This document shows positions 33,998 through 49,186 of a stretch of DNA of 64,000 nt, in pieces; the first letter of the stretch is position 1, and every line of letters starts with the position of its first letter. Below the pieces are notes generated by a model that was not told the DNA's origin, did not search any database, and saw only the letters and a program-made list of their open reading frames with translations. Origin of the DNA: Tubulanus polymorphus. Its lineage: Eukaryota; Animalia; Nemertea. Both the position numbers and the translations under genes were made by a program. Location: contig NC_134031.1 of assembly GCF_964204645.1 (NCBI RefSeq), forward strand, positions 15,983,807-16,047,806, in the 5' to 3' direction.

Positions 33998-36900
33998 ATG
34001 GTTAGAGAGACGAGATACCTATGGGTTGGAAATTTACCCGAACAAGCCAGTGACGAGAAAATAGCGGAACATTTTAAGCGGTGGGTATATTATATGAAAA
34101 AAGCATTATTGTGTGGCGGATATATAAATGATTTGGGCTTGTAGTAACCCTTCTTTAAAATGTATACACGGCGATACACGGCATCGATGGAATTATTGTG
34201 GAATATATTCACGCAAATGGATTGTTAGCTTGATACCTATTATTTAGTTGCAGTGGAGTACTTTGTTTGGAATTATGATTTTTTTTGTGTGTTTTATTCA
34301 CTAATTTTAAGTGGAATGTGTGCGAAATGGAAGCAAATATGCGTTATTACGTTAGGCCTCGTTCGTTACAGAATCAGAAATGCTTTTCTCATTTCGTTAA
34401 TTTTTCGGAATTTTTTTTTACCCTTATTTTGCTGCCGTACAAATAAGATTCAGGTTTGTAGAGTATTTTTGATGGGTTTTCGACTGGCCATCGCTTTTCT
34501 GAAGATAATGGAACGTTGTTTTGGGGTGGGATATACTCAATAGTAATTGTAGTCAAATGGATTTTAGCGAGTAATTATTATTGTAAAACCACGCTGGTGT
34601 TCTATAGGATGTTATTAATATTTTACAGCTGATAATTTGTAGTAGGCTACGTTGCTGAATATTTGAATTATCAGATTAAAGCCCTGCCAACTATATAGGC
34701 CTAGTCTTAACTTCAAAACCAGTAAAGAGTGGCAAAATTTGCTCATTATGAAATGAGATTTAAAAAAAAGATTTTAAACCTATTCGACATGAAAAGGCCG
34801 ACCGCATATAGGATGACCTTCGATGATAGAATTTTATGAATCCCAGTACTTCTCTGCTTGAAAGCTACCATACATAACAAAACTAAAATCTATGGATAGG
34901 TCGGAAAATATGAGATCAAACCATGATGTAGCCTAATAGAAAAAAAATATCTTGCTATTTGTTGTGTGTCTTGATGACACTTACAAGAATAACCAAACCC
35001 GTCCAATGTATTCATAAGTTTACCTCGAGCATTTCCGATGAGACTCCGAAAAATGAGGTTCAGTTAATCGATATTTATCTATTACGTATATTTTTGACGA
35101 ATATCAAGGATTGTTCCCGGTAGCGCTGTCTAAAAATGAGCAGTATTTATTTCAGTGAAATGTGGTAACCTTTTAGATTAGGTTCTCATCGTGAAAAAAT
35201 ACCCATCAAATTTCAGTGAATTTTATGCTCTAAGTCGCTTGAATACTCCTCAAATTTGAAATTGCGAATCTTTAGAAATTAGCGATGGACCCAGTGGGTG
35301 CATCGGGAATACATGAAACCTATAAGTCCTTGCAAATTATTTTTGGACGATGTTTTTGTGTAAACGAAGACGATGCACGTGAAAAATCTCTTGATTCCTA
35401 TTTAATTTATGAGTTGAAAATCGCTTCGATCATGCCGAGACCGTGTCCCTATACGCATCTAAAATTTCGAGAGAGAAAAAAAGACGCCAGACTCCGTTTT
35501 GATTTGTGCCGTCCCTTTCCTGAAATTGTGGATCCGCTACTTGAAAAAACCTGAAAACTACGCCTATTCAGCTTTCTATTTTTGCTTACGATTGAAACCA
35601 CCCCGAATTGCGTATTATATTCTGGTTAACAAGCGTGGACATTAGTATTCTGTTTGTTAAAAATATGAATAAATCAAGGGGCCTTAAAGCTTTATCTCTT
35701 TCGTTGTCGCGAAATTGATATTCGTTTGCGAACGATTATTTTTTTGCATAGCAAATCGGAACAAATCCTTCTGCTGCGATCTGTAAAGAGTATAACAGAT
35801 CTTAACGTGAAAAGAATATTATTGAAAATTCAATGGCTGAGGGTGACATTATCCCCACGGCCTACTGAGCATGACAGAAATTCTAAAGCTTGTAAGTCTT
35901 AGATTGCGGTGTACTATACAACAAGCAGTTCTCTGTATAGGCTGTATAGCATTGTGTATTGGTTACCACAGGTTGAGCTTGTTATTCACTGTTCCATTTG
36001 GCCGAGGGTTCTGAAGGGAGAAGCGTTCATTGTACTCGGTTAATTGCGCCCGATATAAACGATGTTATATGTATGGAAAACACCGTGTAAAGTTTGAGTA
36101 AAAACTGCGAATTCGCGGATATTATCTAAACAAGTCTTTATAGCTTCCTGGATCAACGTGATCCGGTTGTTGGGAAGGTGAAATGTGCAAAATTAACTAA
36201 ATCATTAAAAATTGATGGTAAATGGTCATTTTATAAAACTGAAATTAGTGCTTAAATTATTTAATAGGATGTAAAAGTAACTGTGAAATGTTAAACCGTT
36301 CTACAATGAAGAAGATTAGGCTTCCAGTCGGGTTGTTTTCTAATAGTTTGTAGTTTCTTAGGTAAAATTCCCCTTGACACCCTCGGCTAATGTATTATGC
36401 AGGCTGTGGCAGGTTTTTCATAGTTCAGAATATAGCAGCTGTCTTTCATTCTGGGCGACCTGCCAAATATCTAACACACAAGCTATATGCACGTTCGTTG
36501 GCATGCTATATCCTGTAGGCCTACACACTAGTGTTAGGTCTATGTGTGTGTGTTGTTCCCAGCGCACCATATTGTGTGCGGAACAAATATTTCAACCCTG
36601 TTTCTCTCTTCGATCTCCGTGTGTGTTTTTACCACTCGGAAAAATACCGGCATACATAAATCAATTAAAGACTGGCCGACATCATTTCTCAGGGCGTATT
36701 AGTCGGCATGCATGCTGTTCAAAAGCTCGATGTCGGAAATCCCGACGCGGTGTTACTTTTCTTTTTTTTTGTGTTGAATAGAACGTATCCCCTCATTATA
36801 CTAGATATGATACACTAGATTGATATGATATGGATTGTTGGAATAGTTGTTGTATTGCATCATCCTGAGAACGCTCGCTCACTAGCTCGTTTGATATTGG

Positions 36901-39900
36901 CCCGATCTGTATTGATTAACATCTGATATGTATATAGTCTTTCTTCTCTGCGCCTGAAGGCTCGTTCCTTATTAGTAATGCGCGTCGTCGTCGCGGAGTT
37001 ACTCTCATCGTGAATAAAGAGTTTATTACGGGTTTCCATCCAGCGCGTTGTGTGCGACGCATATATAGACGACGACTACCGATGCTTTCTCTGACTTGAT
37101 TGAGTGTAACGCATCGCGCTGGTGTGCAACGACCAATAATCGCCATGTTTGTAGCCATTCGTCACGAACCGACGACGAGCAACGAGATGGAGTTTTCGGA
37201 TTTGGTCGTAATAACGATGACGACTGGCTGGTAGCCATCGTGCCTCGTAAGAAAAACATTTTCGACCAATGCCGTATTCACGGCTGCTAGCGGAAATGCG
37301 CGACTTACGACGAGTATCGCGTTAGTCGTCGTATTCGGGTAGATCGTCGATTATGTTGATGACTTATGGTTCTCAGCAAATTGAATTCAGTAATACAAGT
37401 TGGAACTGAAAAATAGAGATGACTTATCAGATTACGACTTTTACCATACAACGCTGATATTGTATCAGATGATCTACATTTTGCAATTAAGATAGCTATT
37501 TTGATAATAATAGTCTCTACTTTGTAATGCATTAGAAATAAGTTGACCCCTGTAGACATTCGCTGCCTTCAGATAGGCATTTCAGATGGCTTTGTGTATC
37601 GTGTCTAGTTTAGCGAGGAGTTCCTCCTTCTCCGAGACATGACCTGGTTCGTTAGACAATGGCGTATTGTGTGCCCGAAATTCGAACAAAAGGTTGCTAC
37701 GGGTACGTTTGGCCTCGAACAACCCTTGTTAGCAGACTGACTAGTTAGCTGACTATTTTTAGATGCCTTCATTCCCTTGTTTTCTTTTTTTTATTCCGAA
37801 GAAATCATCCTCGCTGCATGATTAGAAATTGATATCCACGAAATAGAAACCGAAGACGATGTTTTGAGTTGTGAAATCTGTGTAGGGTTCAGTTCAGGAT
37901 CGATAGATAGCAAGACATATTTTGACGAGTATAAACATGAAACAACATGAAACACATAGTGTTTAAGTTTGAAGTTTAGTTTCTGAATGCTTGCTTATCG
38001 AATGCCTGTTGGTAAATTGTACGTATATGGAACTACTGAGAATCAAGCCGAGAAATGTTTAAAGAGATTTTCGCCAAGAACCTAACCCTGAGTAAAATAT
38101 TGCACGCACCAAGTGTGTATGCTAGGATGTCATTGCTGTTATGTTATGTCATGTTTGCAATCTAAGATATTACTTTCTAAGATAATAGGTCAGGCCCTGA
38201 AGTTTCTTTGGTTCCATCAATTAACAGGGTAGCCACTTACCTCAAAGGATAGTCAGGGAAATTTTTTTTTCTTTAAATAAGTCAGGGGATAGTCAGGGAA
38301 TTTTGTAAAAAGAAGCTAAAAAACAGGAAAGTTGGGGAAATTGGTGAGCTTGCCAGACGGTGCATAAAATCAATCAGTTTCCATCTATATCTTAAGTATT
38401 GACTGTGTTGATTTATTGGAATCTTAGCAGATAAAATCAGGGAAAATAACTGACATTCGGAAAATTCAGGAGAAAAAGTGTAATATAAGTCGCCGATGTG
38501 GTCATGTGTGTGGTCAGACCCGTCATTCCTTACAGAATTATCTTACTTGTTTTACAGATATGGTAAAATTCAAAGCGTGAAGTTGCGCAAAGATGCGGAT
38601 GAGAATATCGCGGGCGCGCTCGTCGCGTTCACTGACATCAAATCGGCGTCGAAGGCCCACGGCGGCGAGAACGTTCTCGACGGTCACGTGCTCCACACCG
38701 AGTACAGCGAGCCGACCGCGACGACCGGCGGTAACATATCCCGACCGGCGATAGACCCGTCGTCGTACGCGCAGTCGCAACAACGAGGACGCACGGCAGC
38801 GCCACCGCCGCGTTATTCGTCGAGACCTGAAGGGTAAGTGCCCCCGGCCTCGGATCGCGCTATGAGGCGCGATGAATATATCCAAACACCTTAATACATA
38901 TGATATAACGACCACTACATTTTTAAAAAATATCTAGTAGGCCTATATACACAATGCCTTTGATACAAGCGCTTAATAAATACAATGGTAATATTTATAA
39001 TGATAAGTATAATAATAATAATAATTATAGTAATAATGATGATAATCATAATAATATATATGGTTAAATAATTTGTATATGATATGTTATCATTTCTATC
39101 CCGATCCCGTCTTGATTTAGGCCTAAAAAAACTTGAGAATAACTGTCCCCGATATTTTTCCATAAGTTTTATTACTGTTATGAAGTTGACCTCCTTCTTC
39201 TTCCGTAGCTGTTTTCATTTGTTTGTTTTGATGTTTCTAGCGCTACCACTACACTACCCGCCTGCCTGCTCTATACCTCAGTTTGATCCTTCGAACCTTT
39301 TCGGATTACCGAGACTGAGCGGGATTTATTCGGATTAAGAAACATATATATATGTAAAAAATATATATACGATTTTATTTGGATTATTATCCCTGTAATA
39401 AACTGGATGGTTGTGGATATCATATTATGTTTAATGTACACCTCACATGTTTTGTAGCTCGACTATAGCGCCTATACAATTCGACCATCCGATATATTTA
39501 CCTTCGATGTTGTTTGTAAAATTTGATATTTTCTGTAATTAGTTCCGCGCGCTGTTGTTGTCGCTGGCCGCCCCGGGATTTAGAAAAAAAAAAACATTTT
39601 ATAGCCGCGATTCTTTGTCGGATACTTTGTCGATAATAGGTGAATGACGATTTGACCTCGGATTATTGCGTGGAATTCGCCGACGCCCCGGATTACCGAG
39701 ATCACACGGTTTATTGTTGATCTGATGATGTACGGATATGTATATATATGTATAAAGATATATATATATATATATGTATATTATACATTAAATTAGATCT
39801 TTCGGTCTCTTGCCAATAAAGACGGCTTGATTGAATTACGCTCGCCCGTTATTCCCTATAGACGTGTTCGGCGTGCTCGGATTATGGCGTTCATCTCGTT

Positions 39901-42900
39901 ATAAACTCGTGGCGACTCGTAGGTCTATCGGATATATACAGATACAGGCGTACATATAGAGCAAGCGTAGACCGACGGTTGTTTCTGTCTCGGGAATTTT
40001 CGCGCGGCAGGGGGGGGGCATTTCGTTTTAGAAATATATGGCGAACAACGCGAAGATTATGAATTCGAATGATAGAATGTCAACTAGGTGAGCTGAGATA
40101 CCGTGTGGTTTTCATTCTACTATACCCCCCCTAAACCTGCCCCGTTTATTCGAACAGGGAACGAAAATGCCTTGCTAGTTGCGTCTTGTTAGCGATATCG
40201 TTCCGTCCCCGCGAAATACGTCCCCGGCGCGCATGCGAATATGTTAACAATGCGTTTTGTGGGATTTTTTTTTCGGTATTTAAAAAAAAATGATTTATAC
40301 ATATTATTCTGTGACGCACACCCACTAGCCGCGTTTGATATCGACGTGTAGTCAGTGTATGCCAGGGTTTCATCACTTCAGGCGATACCGGTATTGTTTA
40401 TATGTATATACATATATTATGAAAGCGTCGTCGTTGTCAGTTTGATATCGATTCCTCATGAAAATAGGCATAATTTGTATATCCTGAACATGATATATAT
40501 GTCTATATACATTTATGTGTATTCTACATGAGGAGCCATGCAACCAACCACACCCGCTGAGTGACGTCAAAACAAGACAATTGAACTCGCTCTTCTAGAA
40601 GCGGCTTTTGTCTCATACACCATAGCTCCATCTCTTTACACATTGAAAGGTGTTAATGGCCACCCTTAGTTTATTGCTCATGCGCTTAGAGGCTGTATGA
40701 TGCGAGTCCCTCCCTGTCTGTATAAATAAAATCATTTCATTTCGCTTTTATATTCGGTATTTCTATCATATAGGCGAGACGTTTTATTTTGGAGAGAGAG
40801 ATGTAGGGAGAGATGTTCTATTTACTACAGGCTGCAGTCTATAATGAGGGTTGCTCACTGAAAGACTGGTTGTGTTGTTATTCTCTTTGTTTGGCCTTGG
40901 TACTCTCTGTTCGTAGTTCGTTTGCTATGTCTAATGTACACAACGCATTCACATGACTCATCATAGGTTCTCTTTATCCTGAAAATAACCCTCGCTCACG
41001 CTGCTTGCTATGTACCGAGCGTTGTTGTATTTTAGTATAGCTCGCTCGCTCGCTCGGCGCGCATTTATTTTCGGTTTACTTTGTGCGCGTTGTCCGACCT
41101 GACGCGCGGAGGAGAACCCGATGTAAAAACTACCAGCTGTTTCGTATCGGGCTAGGGTAGGACTGCAACGGCGTGGAAATGATATTGAACGTCGCCGGCT
41201 GCCATCAAAAACATGATTCGAGATATCAAAGAAAAATATGAGACGGAAACTATTTCAGAGCGAAGATCTCGCAGATCTCGCGTATATGCGAAATGCTAAC
41301 AAAAATAGATTGGAAAACTAGAACATTTTGATCGCATTTCGCCGAATTCTGTATGAGATTAACACTATTTAAGTAATCAGTAGGGCCTTTTGAGCATGTG
41401 GATATATATAATTCATGTAGTTCTTATTTTGTTGTATGTTGGATGGATTCTCATGTTTGACCGCCACCAGAGAGAGAGAGAGCGCGCATTCATTATCAAT
41501 GTATAGCAGGCTGTTCTCTCTCAGGTTTTAGTGTGGCGTGATAGTGGCTATTGCAGTGGCAACATGGCTGGGAAGAATGAAAGGGTCGTGTGCATAATAT
41601 ACGATTCGATCTGCGAGACATAACGCATTCAATAGAACCGGAACAACGCCGATGAATAGAAACTTGTCTTACAAAAATCCCGAAGCTCGAATACCGAGAA
41701 ACGAAATACGACGTGTTTAAACCGGTTTATATTCCGTAGAAATCTGTGTACGGGCTTGTCCTCGATGGATTCTGGTTCCATGAGAAATGAAATAAAAATC
41801 GCGATCGGGTCTCGCGATTTCTGTTTTTGAATTAATCCGTACACACATGCGCACACACATGTTCATATATGTATGATTACCGATTTTTCTGTTGTTTTAG
41901 TAATGACTCATGTTCGGTAAACAGGATATCGAGTGCGCGCCGTGCTTTTTTCCGTTTCGTTACGTTGGGGGATTTTTTAGTGGCCACATCTGCGAGCTAG
42001 CTAGCTAGCCGTGTACACGTTTGTGTCGCTGGCTAACGTTTCGATTATTATTAATATGTTCGAGCTTATCTTGGTGAATGAATAAACGTACGACATCTGG
42101 CGATTTTGTATTTTAAATCCATACGCGGCGCGCACGCGGGCGCGAGGCCACGGCTGTTTTCTGCTTAGGCAAGCCGAATATGATGAAGAAGGATATTATG
42201 TATTATGATTATTATTCACGGATGACGTGACGTGATAATTCATCTTTAATACATGTTTTTCATCCGTTTTAACCCCCTAACATCTGTTCGTGATACGTGG
42301 AATATTTACGTCGCGAGTGGAATCCGGGTACATGTTTAGGGGAAATTCTGGCGTTCATCGTTGAAGAAATAAGATTACTGATGACAATTTTCTTAAGTTC
42401 TCCTGGGTGGCCCCTTCACAATTTCTTCTTTTTTTTTAAGTCGGGTAATAGTAAAGGAATTTTGTAAAAAAGTGTTTTAAGTCAGGAAAATTTGTTGAGA
42501 TTGAAATCATACAGTTTCCTTTTTTATGTCTTACGTGTTTGAATGTTGTGTTAGAATAGATTGGATTCTTAACAGATCGAGTCGGGGAATGTCAGAGAAT
42601 AGTCTGCGAAAAAGTGAAAGTGGAATTAAAGTGGCCATTCAAATTTATGAACTTCAAGGCTAACCAGTAAAAAAGGAAGGAAAATCTTCAGGGGCCTCGT
42701 AAACTGATCAGAAGCCGTGAAATGTCTCCTCCTCCATCTGATTTTCATTTTTTGGGGGGGGGGGGTCGGATACCTACTGGGACCCCTGACGAAAACTAAG
42801 TGCCTCATGACAGTTCCGCTTTTAAGAAATCGAATCCCCCAAAGATATGACCGGCGACAGCCTGGTGATATATTCGCGAACGAAAAGACTCGCGTTATAT

Positions 42901-45900
42901 TAGAATTCGATTGATTGATTGTTTTCGCTGTATTTAGTTCCTGAGCTATCATCGGTAGTCGATATACACGTCATAATTAGATGAAAAGAACTGAACATAG
43001 TCTTTTACAAACGCGCGCACGCCCGTCGTCATACATCAATCGGTTGTTGCTATGGCGACGGGACTTCGTCGAGAGAACAGTACTTCGCTGTTGTATCGGT
43101 TAGGTTTTTTTTTTTCCTCGGAGCCGTGCGGCTCACTGCTCGCAGCTACTGCGAACTTCTTCTTTCTAAAATTATCGCGATCATATGCTGCTGCGTGTAG
43201 CGCGGCGGCCCTAGCATCGAAATCGAGCTACGGATCTACATAATACGCGGATGAAAAGCTTGTTATCGAACATGTCCCGCGGGAGTCCCCGTACGTAAAT
43301 CAATTTCGTATTCGATAAAAGGATTTCCCCCGAAACTAGTCCCTGCAAGTCGTCGCGAGCGGCGGCGTACGCTGAGAACGTGACAGCTGAGCGATTTTTA
43401 ATACGGCGCAATCCGAGTCAGAGTCAGAATCGAAAGATTCGTTCAATTATGTTCGCTTCATATCCTTGCATGGAAAATGAATGATTGTACGGGCACGCAT
43501 ATATATATATATATATATATATAACAATGACTAGCTCGCTGTACGTTTATTATTATCGAGTTTATCCAAAGATATTACTTCCCGCTTTCATTGTGCCCGC
43601 ATAATACGCCATTTGTTGTTCGGGTGTCGTAGCGTTTCATCTGAACATAATAGCTGCTCTGGGGGCTATACTCATTGCTGTTCGTTGTATGTACTAGGCT
43701 ATGCACGCATGCATGCATGCATGCTTTCCTGCGCGGCGCTCATTAAAATGCGCGTTGCACCACGACGCGCTGCAAAACCGGCTACCCTGGAACTTACGTA
43801 CATGAATCATGCGCGCCGATCTATCTCGTGTATAATGATAATAATATGCATTACTTGCCTACGTGGCCACTCCATGTATCTACGATATTGATTCATCGAT
43901 AAGGAAGAATGACAGTCGGGTGCCGTTAAGAAAATCAATTATTCAAATGGCAGTCTCGTGATAGCCGTGGCAACGGCTGCTGTTGTTTGCTGAATTCGGA
44001 GTCGTTGTTCGCCGAAAGATCTCCGCATTTGAAATAGGCCTAAGTTATCGTCACAGGATACGAAATGAAGTTCAATCAGTTATACATATAAACATATTAT
44101 ATGTATATATTTATATACTGGCAGCAGATATAGTACCCAGGTATAACTAGGCCATCGCTCCATGTACAATACTTAAACAAACGATAAGTTTTTAGATTGA
44201 TATGACAATATCACAAGGTATATCGATTGATATCGCAATATGACAAGTTCAATATTACAGAATTCGCACTTCAATTATTCTTGAAGTTCGCACGAATTTA
44301 GAACGGCTCAGGCATTTGAGCAATGGGAAAGCACATTCCATTCTCTAGAACGTACGTACTATTTAGACCTTCCAAAAAAGACTGATCAAATCCAAATTCT
44401 AGATCAGACCATTTCTCTTATGCATGAATAGAAAATTTCGCAGTGTTTAACGTCCAGCTGGACCAGTGCGGCGTCTAGCTGGACCAGTGCTAACTGCTGA
44501 TTTGAAAGCATGTGCGTACAGGCAGCATTGATTAGCACCTTCGAGGGTTCGAACCAAGTTTGATCGGATTAAGCGTGGATGCAGCTTGAACAATCCGACA
44601 CCGCGTCCAGTTATATAGAGACTAAGATTTGATCGGTTACACGTTGAGCCTATTGCGCAGCGTAAAATGCCTGCGAAGTGCGCTCATAAGTTATTTTCAG
44701 AAGTGTTCTATGATGATCGGGAGAGAGACCGATAGAACAGCAGCAATCGTACGATGGTTTTTATGATTGAGATCTGTGATTGCCATCCATAACACCAGCA
44801 GCAGCAGCAGCAGCAGCAGCAGGCGTGTGCCGCACACGCGCTCGCTCTCCGAGTCTTTCTTCAGTCGTCATGGCGACGTTGTAATTCATTATAAATCAGT
44901 CGTATTGTTGCGTGTAGATTACCGGCGAGGACGACGATCCATCTTGCTAGGTCGAGAGCATCGTGATGATGATGATGCTGATGATGTAGTAGCGGGAGCT
45001 GCAGCCGGTTTCTCTCGATGATGATGATGATGATGAGAACATGTCAATTACGAATGATTCAACCGGTTGCCGCCGGTGCATACAACACAATGTCAGTCAT
45101 CACGACGACGGCCACGATGGCAGTTATAAATGGAAATCTTTTTTTCCCGCGTCTCGTCTGTCGATGATAACCGCCTGAACGTTAATTAGAAACCTTTTGA
45201 TTCGCGGTGATTAGATCATTCATTCAGCCGGTATCTATCAATCTACGCGTCGAATATGTGCGGAATGAAGAAATAATTAATTCGCCGTACAAACGTTGGG
45301 ATTGGCCTCGCCCGAGAGGGGATGAAAAAATGAAAATGATTCCTTCTCTCTCCCCGTTAGAAAGGTACAAAAAATGAAAATAATTTGCCTAAAAAACATC
45401 CAAACTGCCCCGTCTCCATAGAAATGTACGAAATTCAAGATAATCCTCCCGAAAAATCTATTAGATTCCTGCAATCCCTCTCCCTCCCCCTTGAACGGAG
45501 CATAAGTGGAAATAAATCACTCGTATAAAACATCCAATCGCACTCTCTCTCCCTAGAACGGTACGAAATGAGTTTGCTATCAAACCATCCTATTCTTTCA
45601 CTCGGCGTCCACCTATAAAAGGTGGACGAAAATGGAAATAATTTGCGGTTTTTAGTTATAATTCAGGACGATACTCTCTCGTATCGATATAATGTATAGG
45701 GAGCTATTTTCACCGTCGGTAAATAGACAAATGAACGGTGTACACACTTCCACGGATGGCGTTATTAATTATTACACACACACGTCCACCACTGCCACAC
45801 CGCGAACCACCCTCGAAATGATTTCCTTTATTTCGCGTAATTATCCGCGTTTATCGGGCGGCGTTCTGTATTTAATAACACCGCCTCGCGTTCTATGTTT

Positions 45901-48900
45901 ATATATTCGGTACAGTCGGTCATTATTCTGTCCCTCGTTCGCGCGTTTTAATGTTTTGCCGTCGGCATTGATGGCAATACGGCATTGATGGCAATACGGC
46001 ATTGATGGCAATACCCAATTGCCGTCGCCGCCGAACTAATGCATGTCTCTCTCTATGCGCGTCGCGCTTCTTCTCGTTCTCCGGGTAATGGGCTTTTCGG
46101 TACTCGTCCGCTTTCATGCGAGCTCTTCCATCATCGAACTCCCCGATACGGCCTTATCATCCGGCGATACCATTAGTTACCATGGTAACTCGATTTTGCC
46201 GCCGCGCTGATAACCGGGGCGGGTGAACAGGACGACGTGGCGTACACGACAACGGCGCGCGATGTACTCCCCGAGCATAATTAGGTTTTATTATTTAATG
46301 CCGGTCGTATTGGAAGAGACTACGGCAGTCGTGTCGTGTATCCCGCATGCATAAAAACCCGGTTGGACGGCCATTAATGATTAAGCTCTCTCTCCTCTCG
46401 GCGGAGTTATTGATTCGGGCTCTCGTCGTGTTGTTGACTGTGACGTGGCCGTTTCCATTATCTCTTCATATGATAGGATATATATGTACTATTATATGTA
46501 TATATATCTCCCTACATTAGACAGAGAATGAAATCAATAGTCATTCAGAGGATGAAACGTTTAGCCCTCCCCCTCGAAAGAGATCAATGAATTCATAGAA
46601 ATCGCCGTGTCAGTCATGTCTATGGATCTTTGCTGAATTAAGAAGTCGAATTATTTATAGCCTTGAATCCGGCCGATAAATGGCTGTTCGGTTATAGCCG
46701 AATGTTTGGGGTATGAAAAAATTTTGGTTATTAAACTTATAGTTTTCGCGTGCGGGACTTATCTTTGTAATCATATTTTTCGTGGATAAGCACGCGTTTG
46801 ATTTAAATCCAGTCGAAGTCTTCTCGGCGAATTGGAATCGGCTGAACTGAACCCGACAACAAAGAGAGCAGAGTAGAGTCTGATGATCGATTTAGAAAAA
46901 AGAAAGAAAAAAAAAACGATGACTACACGTTCTATCCACTACTGTAAGCATCGATTGTAGTCGAATCCCGTCGTCATTTCTGATTGAAGCACTGAAATGA
47001 AGTGCCCGAGTCGATAGCGCAGGTTCGCGTTGAAACTAATCCGTCTGGTCGTGTATACGTTCTGTCAATCGGGCAAGTTTAATGACGTACGTAAGCCGAA
47101 CGTAGTCGGTGGAGTTGTTATGGATTGTTAATAAGCATATTTCGCTATTTCTCGTCGTGCGGAGATAATGAGAAAGATTTCGTCGCATAAAGCCGCCCGT
47201 CTAATGAGGTCTCGAAGCCAATTATACGGCGGTCGGCCATGTTTGCGATCAGACGTTGTTCGGCAGACGTATGAGACGACGACGACGACTCCTCGTAGCG
47301 CGCTGCTGTAATTGAATGCCAAATGTCAGCGTTGATTGTTATTATGAATCGTTAATATCAACTGCCATTCCGTCTGATCGAGTTTCTCGGCGCGGATCGA
47401 TGATGAGGGTGGCGATCGCCCTTGATGTTAGTTCGAATATGAAATTCATTCCTCGGTGCGCGATATCATCGCTGTTCCATACATGTTGACTTACTGCCGG
47501 TTCCATATTACCGACTTATGTCCAAAAGTCTCAAAGTCTAAGATCATACTTAAAACTAAGATGGTCTTAAGTCTGAAGTTTAGTCTGAAGGTGGTTTTGA
47601 GTCTGAAGTCATGACTGTAGAAGCGGCCCTTTGACTTCGGACTATTTCAGGGTAGTTTCTACTCTTTCTAGGAGCTCAACTTGTCCCAAAAATGTCGAAA
47701 TACTCGCCAAAATCAGAATCATTTCCAATTCATTATCCATTTAAACTACTATTTTTGATGTCGAATTAATCTCATTTTCTTTTGTGAAACTACTCCAATT
47801 AGAGATATCAGGTAGTCTGGTCTGCACAAGGGTTTTGATTTATAGGGGCAGTGGCTACCACCACCCTGTCATTTTCATATCCACCCCTCAGAGTACCCGG
47901 GTAATTCTTTCACTGAAGTTCTGAATTCGTGTTCTCATTTTATGTTTTGATTTTATTTTATCATTCGATGGCTTGATCGACGTTTTGAAATTCCGATTAT
48001 TTTAACCGGTGTCGTGCGATTTGTGTATTTGTAGGTCGACGGACTTCGAGCGGCCCGGCGAATACTTCGGAAATCGGACCGCGTCGAGCGAGCAGTTCGA
48101 CGGTCGACGCCAGTTGGAATACAACGATTCGGAGGAATATCAACAACAACAACAGCAACAACAACAACCACGCGGACGACAACGAGAACGGTATTCAGCG
48201 ACCGCCGCGACTAATCGCAATACAGCCACTTATCCAGCTCCTCCGCCGCCTGCTAGAACATTCGAAAGGTACTTATGTCGGCCATCTTGTTTTTGCCATC
48301 TTCACCGGGCAAGGGATTCAAACCTGATGGCGTCGAGACTCACCACGGCACAAAACCCTGCCACACTAGACCGAGTGCGCAGCTACACACGCAACTTGGA
48401 TGATGTCATTATTAGCCAATCGGCTATCCCGCTTTATTTTAGCCTGGGTTTTCCCGTTTATAGTTCTTCCATGAAATTTGCTTCAGCGATTATACAACGA
48501 GCAATCTGATCGGTGCTGCAAGTTTTCGCGCGGTAAACCTGCACATATTGTACCTGCGCACTCGGTCTAGTGTGGCAGGGTATTGTACGGTGGCTGAGTC
48601 TAGCGATGCCATCAGTTTTCGAATCCCTGCCCAGGGGGGTGGTTTTCGCGTGATTACCGCGTTTGAGTTTGATCCGAGAATTGAGACGATATGAAAGGCA
48701 GGTTTCGATTTTTGTCTCCACCGATTCCGGAATTCTCTTCCGGCGCGTTCGACCTATTCTGTACGAGCATAATCCGTATACCTGATAGAAACTGCCGGTA
48801 GAGAGTTAGTAATGCGGTTGTCCATTCTATTCTTTAAGGTTATTCTTTCAGTTCTTAATTGAAATCTGCAGTTTTTTGTCAGTAATAGAAACTGGATCGT

Positions 48901-49130
48901 TATACTCGTTACCCTCGCTGGTCGAATGGGATTACATATAGCATCAGTTCTAACGCGTCTTTCATCTTGAAATATTGCCCCTTTTTTGCGGAAGAACTCG
49001 AACTCCGGTTCATCTGCTCGTATCTGAATTATCGCCCGTTCGATTCAGCTGGAATATCTATCTCCGGCTATCAGCTATTCTGTGGTCTGCGTTGTCTGTT
49101 TTCGCTGATTTTCGATGTACTCGGCAGCGT

Positions 49131-49186
<56 letters not shown>

